Of a stretch of DNA of 64,000 nt, positions 13,108 through 22,989 are shown piece by piece. Each line of letters opens with the position of its first letter. Positions within the stretch are counted from its first letter, which is position 1. The translations under genes were made by a program, and so were the position numbers. The notes beneath the pieces are model-generated. The model was not told the origin of the DNA and did not search any database. It was given only the letters and a program-made list of their open reading frames with translations. Source of the stretch: TPA_inf: Saccharomyces (taxonomy: Eukaryota); assembly GCA_000146045.2 (NCBI GenBank), contig BK006949.2, positions 224,001 to 288,000 on the forward strand, read 5' to 3'.

Positions 13108-13337
13108 TTCCAAACATTTTATTTCGCCACAACTTGTAGTTTTGTATTGACTCAAATACTTTCTCTTGTTTTGTGCTTCTATTACAGAGATGGCTTTTTT
13201 CTTCAAGTACACTATTTCTAGACGCACTGCACTCGTCAAAAAAATGATTCAAGGTGAAAATAAAGGGGTGTTAGTGAATACTTATCAAGAAGAGACATAC
13301 ATAATTGTACTGCTGTGCATTTTCCTACTTGACTTTC

Positions 13338-13979
13338 ATGATTATGAATAGTACAAACACAGTTGTATATATCAAAGTTAAGGGTAGGAGACCACAGGGA
13401 TTCTTGGATCCTCCCAAATTTGAGTGGAATGGAACAAAGGAGCGACAGCTTTGGACAATGGTATCAAATTTGAATTATTCACAAGATCAAATAGATTGGC
13501 AGAATTTATCAAAAATATTTGAAACGCCTGAATTTTTTCTTAAAAAGAGAACATATAAATTATTTGCTGAACACTTAGAGCTTTTACAACTACAATTGGA
13601 GAAAAAAAGAGATCTTGAGAAGTATTCAAATGATCAAGTGAATGAAGGGATGTCTGATTTAATACATAAATATACCCCTACTTTACAAAATGATAATCTA
13701 TTAAATGTATCCGCAAGCCCACTGACCACGGAAAGACAGGATTCTGAAGAAGTTGAGACAGAAGTAACAAATGAGGCGTTACAACATTTGCAAACTTCCA
13801 AAATTTTGAACATTCACAAGAAAACATCGGATAGTGAGAATAAGCCTAATGACAAATTGGATAAGGATGGTATTAATAAAGAAATGGAGTGCGGTAGTTC
13901 AGATGACGATTTATCTTCGAGCTTAAGTGTTAGTAAATCTGCGTTGGAAGAAGCGCTAATGGACAGATTGCAATTCTGA
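13338..13979 (+). CDS. ATG29: Autophagy-specific subunit of the Atg17-Atg31-Atg29 complex, 213 aa.
   Basis: The ORF matches ATG29 from MIMNSTNTVVYIKVKGRRPQGF... onward. The longest ORF has 11 additional upstream codons. The 3' end overlaps SET6 by 24 bp. Confidence 0.8.
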   Translation: MIMNSTNTVVYIKVKGRRPQGFLDPPKFEWNGTKERQLWTMVSNLNYSQDQIDWQNLSKIFETPEFFLKKRTYKLFAEHLELLQLQLEKKRDLEKYSNDQVNEGMSDLIHKYTPTLQNDNLLNVSASPLTTERQDSEEVETEVTNEALQHLQTSKILNIHKKTSDSENKPNDKLDKDGINKEMECGSSDDDLSSSLSVSKSALEEALMDRLQF

Positions 13980-15077
13980 TTTACATCTTTCACAAGCACA
14001 ATCAAAAAACCAACTGTCGGCCAAAAAGGCCCGGCGTTTTACTGTTGGTAAGTCCAGTACCCCGGAATAATCGATACAGATCTGCTCATCCTTTTTTATA
14101 TCTCTATTCATAGTGAATAGCATTGAATTACCTTTACGATATTTCGTTATATTGGGGTTACAAGAGTGGTTGAAATAGGAGGCTTCTGGAAATACCCAGT
14201 ATCCAAAATATTCTCTGCTGTCTGAGGCTTCGCCCTCTTGCCATAAACCAAAAGCATTCCCATATTCAGTACCTAATATATGTCTCAATAGCGGTATGGA
14301 GAGCATTCTATGCAAATGTGAAGGTAATAGAATATAGAGTGTTTGAAATACTAATTTTTGAAAGTGCAGTAAGACAGGAAATTTAGATATTTTGCTAAGC
14401 TCATTCGATTGTAACATATTGAAAGCTCGGTATGTTATGCACTGAGGATCCATATATTTAAGATTAAACAAACTCTCGCACACAAACCTAATGCAGCAAT
14501 ATTCATCTTCGCAAGTGGGTGGTAATTGATTTATTCTCTTCGCAGATTTCATGTTGTTGATGCGCGGTATCCATTTACTTTCAATCTCATCCCATGAAGA
14601 CTGTATGACATTTTCCGAAATTAAGATAGAGTTTAATTTTTCCTCCTGTTCAGAGGTATAATTATATCTTTTCAGCATGCTTGGAAAATGATGCAGTAAT
14701 ATCTCATAACATTCAATTAATTCAATGATATTTGGTATTTGAAGATAAGAAGTTCTGCAATGTTCTGAACAGAACCACAGTCCAGCGCCCAGAAACTTCT
14801 TAGGGTTAATTTGGTAGTGTGCATTACAAACCAAATCTCTCAGGTAATCGTAGTTTAGTTTGTACTTCATAGTTTTCGCATTAGCGTATGCGAAACAATT
14901 GTGACAAACTTCCTTCCTGAACTCATAGGAAATAGATGTTCCTGTAAAATTACTGACTTGCAAGACTGTTGTCCCTTTAGGAATATTACCATTACTGAAA
15001 CAAGCCCTACCGCCCCATTTAGTTTGCCTAACCTGGAAAAATGGGGAAATTTCATGTACGTCTCCATCAATAGTCAT
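13956..15077 (-). CDS. SET6: SET-domain protein, a putative lysine methyltransferase, 373 aa.
   Basis: ORF begins MTIDGDVHEISPFFQVRQTKWGGRACFSNGNIPKGTTVLQ.... It has a SET-like C-terminal region (…NHSCNPN…). Length and position fit SET6 (YPL165C). Confidence 0.8.
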   Translation of the reverse strand: MTIDGDVHEISPFFQVRQTKWGGRACFSNGNIPKGTTVLQVSNFTGTSISYEFRKEVCHNCFAYANAKTMKYKLNYDYLRDLVCNAHYQINPKKFLGAGLWFCSEHCRTSYLQIPNIIELIECYEILLHHFPSMLKRYNYTSEQEEKLNSILISENVIQSSWDEIESKWIPRINNMKSAKRINQLPPTCEDEYCCIRFVCESLFNLKYMDPQCITYRAFNMLQSNELSKISKFPVLLHFQKLVFQTLYILLPSHLHRMLSIPLLRHILGTEYGNAFGLWQEGEASDSREYFGYWVFPEASYFNHSCNPNITKYRKGNSMLFTMNRDIKKDEQICIDYSGVLDLPTVKRRAFLADSWFFDCACERCKSELQSVH

Positions 15078-15118
15078 TTTTAAATTTTAGGTTATTTTGT
15101 GTTTGCATATATAAATGG

Positions 15119-15139
15119 TATATATATATATATATATAT
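15119..15139. repeat. (TA)10 microsatellite in the SET6/MLH3 intergenic region.
   Basis: tatatatatatatatatatat, read directly. Confidence 0.85.
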
Positions 15140-15349
15140 TCATATAAATCTAGGGCTACATTTATAATATCAGAGATACATAAAACGGTAATGCAACAGT
15201 GGAGCAGTATTGTATCGCACGTTTCTTTTTTGTTTTTGTTTTTTAAATTTTTCCAGGTTTTGACAACGTGATGAGGTAATCTTCTGTTTTGCATATCCGC
15301 GCAATTTAAAATGCAGGCGACAAACCTTGTTCCAGGATTAAGGTTCTCT

Positions 15350-17497
15350 TTACTTCAATTCTGCAATGGGTACCATAGAAGGTCTCCCGTGGGCGCATTC
15401 GAATGGGTTATGGCATCGCGAGAGCTTGCTAATTAAAATTATGCACTCTTGCCGGGTTAATTCATCTCCAAACATAACAGCAGATCTGCATGCCTTGCTG
15501 TTAAGAATTTCATGAAAGACCGTTGGAACGCAGCTTGAGTACTTCCACCAATATAATTTATCAACCGAAGTGTAGTTTTCGAAATGGGATAAATCCATTG
15601 GAAGTTTTTTGAAATCCTTCAGGTCATGAGCATGTTGCAGCAAGACCATTTTTAAGTAGTCTTTATCCCCGTTATATTTGGAAGTTAACATCTCAGGCAG
15701 TGTTTTAATTTCCAAAAGTGAGGTTTCCATTGTTCCCTCAATTGTTTCATAGCCAATTCCCCACTTTTTAAATTCACTTTGATAATGCTTAAATAAGTCA
15801 GCCTCAGTACGATCAACTTCAATGCAACAATCCTTGAGGTCTCGTGCAACAAAAGTTCCGGTTACAACTTCTGTCAACAGGCTATAAAATAGCTCTTCTA
15901 GTCTTATCCTCTCATCGCAAGCATGTTGATCAACTAGAACTAATAGTGGGCAATTATGAATAGATTGGTCTAAACAACGTATGAGAATAAATTTTTTATC
16001 TACTTGATTAATCACTTCATATTTTGCCAGGACAGATCTTGATATTGAAAAATCTGTTATGGTTTTTCCTATACTGTCATAATCTTCTGTAAAACCACTA
16101 TCGTAGGGCCTGGAAGAGAGTTTATTCCGTAACCTTGATTTCTGACCGTCGATTCTTATATTCTTGATTTTTTCGTAGTTTATTGTACTATTGTTTATTC
16201 TACATCCATTGACAGCGGGTTTTCCTATGTATGAATTAATGCGTGCAATCTTCATTTTTGAATTTAATACTTGATTACGTTTACTGATTTGGATTCGACT
16301 ATCAGGCAATGTTGCCGTCTTCTGTGAACAATTGACTATTTCGAAAGATGAATCTGATTTATCAGGCGTTAAGTATCCTTGAAATGTCAGAAAGGAGCGA
16401 ATGGTCTTAACGATCAATGGTTCAATGGTACGTATATGGGAAGGCTTAACAATTTTCTTTGCTGGATCTTGTAACAGGTCATCGATAGTTTGGGGGCACC
16501 GAACATCAAGGATGAAGACGGGATGTGATCGATACGGTTTTCCCACGCTTTTAGTTTTGAGTAAACTCATGCCTTTCTCCCCGAAATCTTGTGCTTGGAA
16601 TAAAGAATCGACGTATCCTTGAAAGGCGCTGTCCGCATAACGTCTGCCATTGATATATATAAATTGAAGATCCTTCAATCCAACGGGCATCTTCGATATG
16701 ATCCCTTCAATCTGATATTCATTAAACTTCAAGGAAACTTTCTTAAGCATATCCGGTGGTATTATTGCCCCAAACACATTTCTCAGTACTTGAGACATTT
16801 GCTGGTGCTTTGTTAACCCCTCAGTTATGTTCTTTGAGCGGAAAAGAACTTCTGTATTGATTCTGAGTTTGTCTGTATATTGTACGTTGAGTGAAATCAT
16901 CGGGTGCATTACCAGTATCTGTAGCATATCTGCCTTTATTGTGTTAAAAGTCTTGAAAGGGGGTTCTTCCTTTAGTATTCTGCGCCGGACAGGTAAATTA
17001 TACAGCATATCTTCAACAATAACAACAGTACCAGACTTTGTTCGGCTCCAAGGACAAATTTTCCAAAAAGGATCTATTGGGAGTATGGTATTCTCACTCA
17101 ACATGACGCTTTTGGATGGAAATTTTCTCATCCATGCAGAGTTGTAATCCTTTTTCTTGGAACAAACAAACAGATTAGAGACATTAGAAATGCTATATAG
17201 GGCGTCTCCTCTGTAACCGTAGGTTTTCATCGTTACTAAATCATTCATCTTTCGTATTTTGGAAGTATAATTTTGTGTGGCCAATATATTTAGGTCACTT
17301 CGAGTCAAACCAATACCATCATCGTAAACTGCAAAGCTCAAATTAGGGAGGTCGATCATGACGTCGATAGTGGTAGCGTGTGCATCTACAGAATTTTGAA
17401 CTATTTCTCTAACCGCTGATGCTAGCGATACCGTGCATGCCTGAGATTTAAGTCTTTCAGAAACATCAGAATCTAATTTCCTAATATGCTGGCTCAT
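15350..17497 (-). CDS. MLH3: MutL homolog 3, a mismatch-repair and meiotic crossover factor with a GHKL ATPase N-terminus, 715 aa.
   Basis: The N-terminal GHKL/MutL ATPase motifs are present (…VREIVQNSVDAHAT…, …DDGIGL…). Length and synteny match MLH3. Confidence 0.88.
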   Translation of the reverse strand: MSQHIRKLDSDVSERLKSQACTVSLASAVREIVQNSVDAHATTIDVMIDLPNLSFAVYDDGIGLTRSDLNILATQNYTSKIRKMNDLVTMKTYGYRGDALYSISNVSNLFVCSKKKDYNSAWMRKFPSKSVMLSENTILPIDPFWKICPWSRTKSGTVVIVEDMLYNLPVRRRILKEEPPFKTFNTIKADMLQILVMHPMISLNVQYTDKLRINTEVLFRSKNITEGLTKHQQMSQVLRNVFGAIIPPDMLKKVSLKFNEYQIEGIISKMPVGLKDLQFIYINGRRYADSAFQGYVDSLFQAQDFGEKGMSLLKTKSVGKPYRSHPVFILDVRCPQTIDDLLQDPAKKIVKPSHIRTIEPLIVKTIRSFLTFQGYLTPDKSDSSFEIVNCSQKTATLPDSRIQISKRNQVLNSKMKIARINSYIGKPAVNGCRINNSTINYEKIKNIRIDGQKSRLRNKLSSRPYDSGFTEDYDSIGKTITDFSISRSVLAKYEVINQVDKKFILIRCLDQSIHNCPLLVLVDQHACDERIRLEELFYSLLTEVVTGTFVARDLKDCCIEVDRTEADLFKHYQSEFKKWGIGYETIEGTMETSLLEIKTLPEMLTSKYNGDKDYLKMVLLQHAHDLKDFKKLPMDLSHFENYTSVDKLYWWKYSSCVPTVFHEILNSKACRSAVMFGDELTRQECIILISKLSRCHNPFECAHGRPSMVPIAELK

Positions 17498-17917
17498 TTT
17501 CTTTTTGAGTTGACGAGTTCACGTTCATTCTTCCTTGAAAGCCTCGCTGGTTTATGTATCGGTGGTTGAAATCATCATTCGATGTTTATTGCAAACTATT
17601 GATCTTTTTTTCCTGCCCCTTCTCGTGGCGCTCGCAAATAAACGCAAACTAAATATAAGCGTACAAACAGACAGATTTTGTGCTACTTATTGATTATTTA
17701 GAAAAGCTACTATTGTTCTTGAAAGTCATAATAGAACTACTTATATATGTATCAATGGGGTTGAATTTGCGCTTTATGTATTTTTTAAGGAATGATATGA
17801 AAGTTGTCTCTAGTCTATTTATTGAATCGTAAATCAAAAAATACTAGTGATCCCATATAGGATAACTAGTAAAGGTTTCGTTAAAAGTAGCTTTTTTTCT
17901 CGATTCAACGTCACGCA

Positions 17918-18700
17918 TTAAATGTGGGTACCGTTGTTAGCAGAACCTGTAACATTACTAGCATCGGCAGTTATAGTAACGTATTTAACAACAGGCTCCG
18001 CCGTAGTAGTAACCACTTCGGTAACTGCAGCAGCTGTAACTGTAACATACTTGGTAGACGCACTACAGTACTGTTCATCGGCGGATGTGGTTTGAATCAT
18101 CTGAGATTGATGTTCAGCAGAGACTAACTTTTCTAAGGCATCAACATTGGAGGCGGCGTCCCCAGCTGTGGATGTCGCTATTGTATTACTAGCTTGGGAA
18201 TTATATACAGTAACCAATAAGGTTGAGGTCAAAGTAGAGGTGTATGTACTGCCCGATTCGGTTACTGTAGAAGCAATTTCTGTGACGCTCGTGGAAATCT
18301 GTTCAGCCTTCTCGTTGGCGGATTCCGTAGATAGAGTTATTATGTAAGTAGAGGTCAGAGTAGACGTGTAGGTGGTGTCTGTGTCAGAATAGGTGGTGGT
18401 GTATTCATTTGTGGACGTAGTTAGGCTAGGCGTGCTTGCAGTAGGTGTACTTGCAGTAGGTGTACTAATAATAGCAGCTGATTGGGAGGTAGTGAACCAG
18501 TAGGTAGAGTAAAAAGTAGATGTTATGTAGAAGGTGGTTGTTTCATCGCTGTACGTTAATGTTGTCTCTTGAGGTGAAACAGAGTATGTTGGAGTTAATG
18601 TCTTCGTGTATGGTGTATAGCTCGTAGTTTCATTGACATATAAGGCAGAAGCGAAGTTGGAGGTTACCAGTAGTAAACTACACAATATTTTGAAAATCAT
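17918..18700 (-). CDS. SVS1: Ser/Thr-rich secreted or cell-wall protein associated with vanadate resistance, 260 aa.
   Basis: There is an N-terminal signal peptide (MIFKILCSLLLVTSNFASA). About 40% of residues are Ser/Thr, including a TPTASTPTASTP repeat. Length and position fit SVS1 (YPL163C). Confidence 0.8.
   Translation of the reverse strand: MIFKILCSLLLVTSNFASALYVNETTSYTPYTKTLTPTYSVSPQETTLTYSDETTTFYITSTFYSTYWFTTSQSAAIISTPTASTPTASTPSLTTSTNEYTTTYSDTDTTYTSTLTSTYIITLSTESANEKAEQISTSVTEIASTVTESGSTYTSTLTSTLLVTVYNSQASNTIATSTAGDAASNVDALEKLVSAEHQSQMIQTTSADEQYCSASTKYVTVTAAAVTEVVTTTAEPVVKYVTITADASNVTGSANNGTHI
18433..18466. repeat. Tandem 15-bp repeat (cttgcagtaggtgta, about 2.3 copies) inside SVS1, encoding TPTAS repeats.
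   Basis: Read directly: gcttgcagtaggtgtacttgcagtaggtgtact. Confidence 0.7.
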
Positions 18701-19205
18701 TGCGATATATATTCTAATTTGTTGGTTGTGTTAGACAACTAGTGTACAAGAAAGAGACTAGATGGCCATAACGGATCTTGATAATTCATTTTCTTACGTC
18801 TTTTAAATACACTCCCTCTCCATCACATACAGATTGATTTAATGTCTACCTCTTCTAAGCCATCTGAAATTCTTGGGTCTTTCTCTGTTTACGGTTATTT
18901 GAAACACGAAATTACTTAAGAACACGAAATGCCAATTATTAGCGTCGCGAATTGAATATCCAATGCGGCGGGAAAATCAAAAAACGAAAATAGAATAGGA
19001 AAAACTGCCGTAGTTATAGAATCAAACCTGAGCGCCAGTTTCATTCTTCTAGCGGAGAATGCTTTCCCAAACAATAACCCACAGATTATGTGTTGAAGAG
19101 TCTAGGCTTGTGGAAATTGAAATCAAAATGTTTGTTCCCTTTAAAAAAAATCAATTAAGCAAGGAAAGGAAATAAACAGTGCATGCTTTCCTTATCCTTG
19201 GAATA

Positions 19206-20027
19206 CTATATTATGCTACCATAGCTGGAAATGTTGTTATCCTTGTTAGGCACTTCATTTGAGACTTCCGATAAATCAGGAATTTCGTCATTTAGGAATG
19301 TGTTCGTTTCAAAATTCTCTGCATTGGTTATCGTTAGGCTCTCAGAATGTAACCTGATGACATTGTCGACACAAAAGTACTGGAAGCAATTCAGTAAGAT
19401 AGGAAAGACAAACATGACCAGAAAAACTTGAAAGTTTGGCCATGAATCTGACCAGCCAAGGATAAGATCGGCGAACCAGTATGCCAAGTCTTCTAAGTAG
19501 TTTAGTATTAGAAACACGCAGAACTTCATCACGCCCAGCCCAACAATGAATATAAGCAGCTGTTTCACGAAGGCAGAGAATAAGGGTTTTCTGGGGTGGC
19601 TCCCAACGGTTTTAGATGGAAAATAATTACCACTTTCAATGTTTTGGAAGTGTAAGGATTTTAGCACTTTTTCAATTATGTATAAGCACAACCAAAGAAT
19701 GGGAATCCCAACAGTAGTATCCAGGAGTAAGTTAAGAAAATACCAATCGCATTGATCCTCATCATCATTGCCTTTTGCAGTGATTGCGAAGAGTGACCTT
19801 CGTCTTTTCTTCAGTATGCTGATGCCTAGATTCAAAAAATGGATTCCAAGAGAGCCGATGATTTGTTTTCCAATGTCATAACTCCACACAATCATTTTTC
19901 TCCTTGGATGCTCATAGTTTCTTTTCACCAATAACACAATCACGGCTGTCATACCCATCAATGTCTGGACAAAAAGAGACACGGGCCCCAACAACTGGCA
20001 AGTGTCTTTCCCATTAGAAACATACAT
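19206..20027 (-). CDS. YPL162C: Uncharacterised multi-pass membrane protein, 273 aa.
   Basis: A 273-aa ORF with several hydrophobic helices. Its position between SVS1 and BEM4 fits YPL162C. I cannot assign a function from the sequence. Confidence 0.65.
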   Translation of the reverse strand: MYVSNGKDTCQLLGPVSLFVQTLMGMTAVIVLLVKRNYEHPRRKMIVWSYDIGKQIIGSLGIHFLNLGISILKKRRRSLFAITAKGNDDEDQCDWYFLNLLLDTTVGIPILWLCLYIIEKVLKSLHFQNIESGNYFPSKTVGSHPRKPLFSAFVKQLLIFIVGLGVMKFCVFLILNYLEDLAYWFADLILGWSDSWPNFQVFLVMFVFPILLNCFQYFCVDNVIRLHSESLTITNAENFETNTFLNDEIPDLSEVSNEVPNKDNNISSYGSII

Positions 20028-20248
20028 ATTCTTTTCGATTAATTGGCAGTTCTGCTGAACTTGTGTGACTGTTGGGCCTCCTGCTAATATGTATTAGAAC
20101 TTTTTCTGCTTAGTACATTCAAGTACTTTTGTGCAGATGTTCGCATCTGCAATAAACTTTTAATCTCCCTTCCACTCTCATCGTCTACAAACCCATACAC
20201 CATTTGTCAAGCACATGCTTAATCCAACAATATTCAAGATTTAATATT

Positions 20249-20270
20249 TATATATATATATATATATATA
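20249..20270. repeat. (TA)11 microsatellite between YPL162C and the BEM4 3' end.
   Basis: tatatatatatatatatatata, read directly. Confidence 0.85.
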
Positions 20271-20318
20271 CATGCAGAGGGAACGTTTTCTCCCCTCGTA
20301 GGTAAGGCGATTACGTGT

Positions 20319-22220
20319 CTAAAAGAACGATTTTGCAAGCGCTTCTAAATTTTGTTCCTCTGGCGTTAAGCATTTCGTATTTTTCACAATGTTTAGTATT
20401 ATGCCCGCTATAAATTTCCCATTGTTGAAACAACTCTCGCTACCCTTATCTTTATTTTCTTTAAATGAAAGTATGGTCTCTAATATCAGGGTTAACTTTT
20501 GAATGTAATCCTTGAATAGTATATTTTCAATCGGATTCACGTCAGCTGTTACACTTGAATCTTTTAAATAAATTCCAACCGTTTTTGTGATATGAAATAA
20601 ATCTGAGATGCTTAGTTGTTCTGCTTGACCTAAATTTTGGAATTTGAAGATCGAATCCCATAGGGATGTAATAGCTTCTTTAGGAAGGGCTTTCTTGGAC
20701 ACAAGCAGCTTATCCATCGCAATACAGGACGTTAACGTTCCATGCTCTGCTATAAAAGAGATAATTGTTGGATCACTGCTTATTGAATTGTGTATTTTTG
20801 AACTTGGAAGCACCGTTAAAGTTTTGTTTAATAAATTTGTTAATAACGATCTCAGGTTGTTATAATATTTAGTTTGCTCGTGACATCTTCTCATAATCTG
20901 AAATAGGGTGAAGAGGTCCTTGATATCTAGCCACATGGTATTTTCCAGATTTAACAGCTTCCTCAGTAAATCTAGGAATCCTTGATATTGTAGTGGGTCT
21001 TGTAGCAAGCTACCAACTTGAATCAATTCACTAAGAGATATGAGCTTCAGTAGCGCGACAGCGTCACTTTTGGATGCAACTGAGTTACATAATATCATCA
21101 AAGCTGCGGCTAGGGCATAACTACTTGCGGAACTCTTAATAGTTTCGATACATAATGATTGCTCTCGTTTGTTAGAGTTTGTTAGGTTGGCGGAGATGTT
21201 GCCTGCGCACGATATGAGTCTTCTCATTACAATTAGCTTATTATTGAAGGTTTTTGATTCTAAGCAAACTAAGGACAATATTAAATTTTTTTGCATGCTT
21301 AGCACAAGCTGCTCCTCATTGGTAAAGTTTATAGTTTCATCCTTGGCTACAATAGTTTCAAGACATGTTGACAGATTTAATAGCAATTCACAATTAACGT
21401 CCTCCTCATCATCTTCTTCCTCTTTTTCGATGTACTCTTGATTTCCTTGGCCAGCGAACTTCTGAGTTTCAGTATTTGAATATGCTTCGACTGCTCCATC
21501 TTCCATTGCCTGCAATTCTTTATTTTGCACATTTGAAGAGATTTTTTTGATGTACTGGCTTAAGAAAAAGAGATCGCTTATTTGAACATTTGAGTAATTG
21601 ACTTTTAAAATATCGTTCAATAAATCTGAACCTAAAACAACTTTTTCGGGAGATGACAAATAGCTATATTGTGTGGTTTTCAACAAAACAAATAATGGAC
21701 CTCTAATGAAGGGAGCCAAATTTTCTGTATACTTGAGATTTCCAATGCAAAAATTCCTTAGTAGCACAACTGACCGCATCTGTAATTTATCCACTAAGCT
21801 ATCCTCACTCTTGTCAGAAGAAATTTCGTCCAGCTGAAGAACCCCGCCTATATAATAATTAAGAAGCTTTTTACCTCCAGAATCCAAGAGAATTTCCCGA
21901 TTATCATCATTATCAATTATTGCGTTAGCGATACATCTAATCACTTCAGAACTGATCTCATAAAACGCTATTTTATCATTAATTGAAATGCTCGTATCAT
22001 GAAAGCAGATATCAAGCGCTTGTTCTAATACTCTTACTAGGTTCAGTAGCAGCCCAGTTTTACCAACAATATCTCTATTACTTGGTTCTCTCAACGAAAC
22101 AGCCAATTGGTCCATTACCGCTAGGTAGCTTCCTAAGTAGACATCGTTCATCGGAACATCCTTTATTGAAGACGCATTGAGGATCGGTTGCAGACCAAAT
22201 AAAATTTCTTCGTAATCCAT
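20319..22220 (-). CDS. BEM4: Rho-type GTPase-interacting protein involved in bud emergence, 633 aa.
   Basis: ORF begins MDYEEILFGLQPILNASSIKDVPMNDVYLGSYLAV.... Recognised sequence and length. Confidence 0.85.
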   Translation of the reverse strand: MDYEEILFGLQPILNASSIKDVPMNDVYLGSYLAVMDQLAVSLREPSNRDIVGKTGLLLNLVRVLEQALDICFHDTSISINDKIAFYEISSEVIRCIANAIIDNDDNREILLDSGGKKLLNYYIGGVLQLDEISSDKSEDSLVDKLQMRSVVLLRNFCIGNLKYTENLAPFIRGPLFVLLKTTQYSYLSSPEKVVLGSDLLNDILKVNYSNVQISDLFFLSQYIKKISSNVQNKELQAMEDGAVEAYSNTETQKFAGQGNQEYIEKEEEDDEEDVNCELLLNLSTCLETIVAKDETINFTNEEQLVLSMQKNLILSLVCLESKTFNNKLIVMRRLISCAGNISANLTNSNKREQSLCIETIKSSASSYALAAALMILCNSVASKSDAVALLKLISLSELIQVGSLLQDPLQYQGFLDLLRKLLNLENTMWLDIKDLFTLFQIMRRCHEQTKYYNNLRSLLTNLLNKTLTVLPSSKIHNSISSDPTIISFIAEHGTLTSCIAMDKLLVSKKALPKEAITSLWDSIFKFQNLGQAEQLSISDLFHITKTVGIYLKDSSVTADVNPIENILFKDYIQKLTLILETILSFKENKDKGSESCFNNGKFIAGIILNIVKNTKCLTPEEQNLEALAKSFF

Positions 22221-22581
22221 TTAGTAGGACAGTTATTTTCACTTGAAACCACAATCTTTTGGGGCTGAAATATAGATGAGGTGATTTGTTATTCGCGGTT
22301 AGTTTTAGTTCGCGAGTGACCTGCTTACGTTGTCTTCAGCCATTTTACGTTGCTTGGCTTGCCGCCGGCGGGTAATATGATCTTATTTTGACATGGTTAA
22401 AGAAAAATACTTTTGACTAAGTACCTTTATCACAAGAAAGTTTAGGAAGGGATTCACTATTTGAAGATCAGACAAATGAGTATACGATATTGGCTCAATA
22501 TTTTAGCCGAGTTTGCTTAAACTTAGTGGCAGAACTTTAGTCATGGGAAGACAAGAACGATCTTACGAGGCCCTTAGGACC

Positions 22582-22591
22582 TCGGCGGCTA
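22582..22591. promoter_or_regulatory. Exact URS1-type sequence TCGGCGGCTA (Ume6 site consensus).
   Basis: A perfect 10-mer about 400 bp upstream of CDC60 and about 360 bp upstream of BEM4. A single 9-10-mer match in 64 kb has close to even odds of occurring by chance. Confidence 0.25.
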
Positions 22592-22835
22592 ACAGTAAAA
22601 CTGGTAACTGACGGACAAGGAATATCAAGGTCATATTTTGAAAAGGTCTTTTTGGGTGACTACTTGGGTAAGAAATAATTAGACGAAGTTTCTTTCTGAT
22701 GTGTATTGAACTAGTGCTCGTGCTTACATACACATCGCCCATTATTGCCTATAGTTATCCTCACTTTATACGAGGTCTGGCCGTTAACGGTTCTTTTACA
22801 TTGAAAAACTAAATCAGTCACCCACGCAAATAATG

Positions 22836-22850
22836 AAAAAAAAAAAAAAA
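22836..22850. promoter_or_regulatory. Poly(dA:dT) tract (A15) in the BEM4/CDC60 intergenic region.
   Basis: A15 about 140 bp upstream of the CDC60 ATG. Such tracts are typical nucleosome-excluding promoter elements. Confidence 0.45.
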
Positions 22851-22989
22851 TCAAAAGCGAAAAGAAACCTAACGCATATTCTATTCAAACGTTGAATGAT
22901 TGTATTATTATAAATCATAATCACGTAAAGCCACCGAAATTTTTTTCCAGAGTGAAGAATATAAAAAAAATATCTTTAACCAGTCTATA

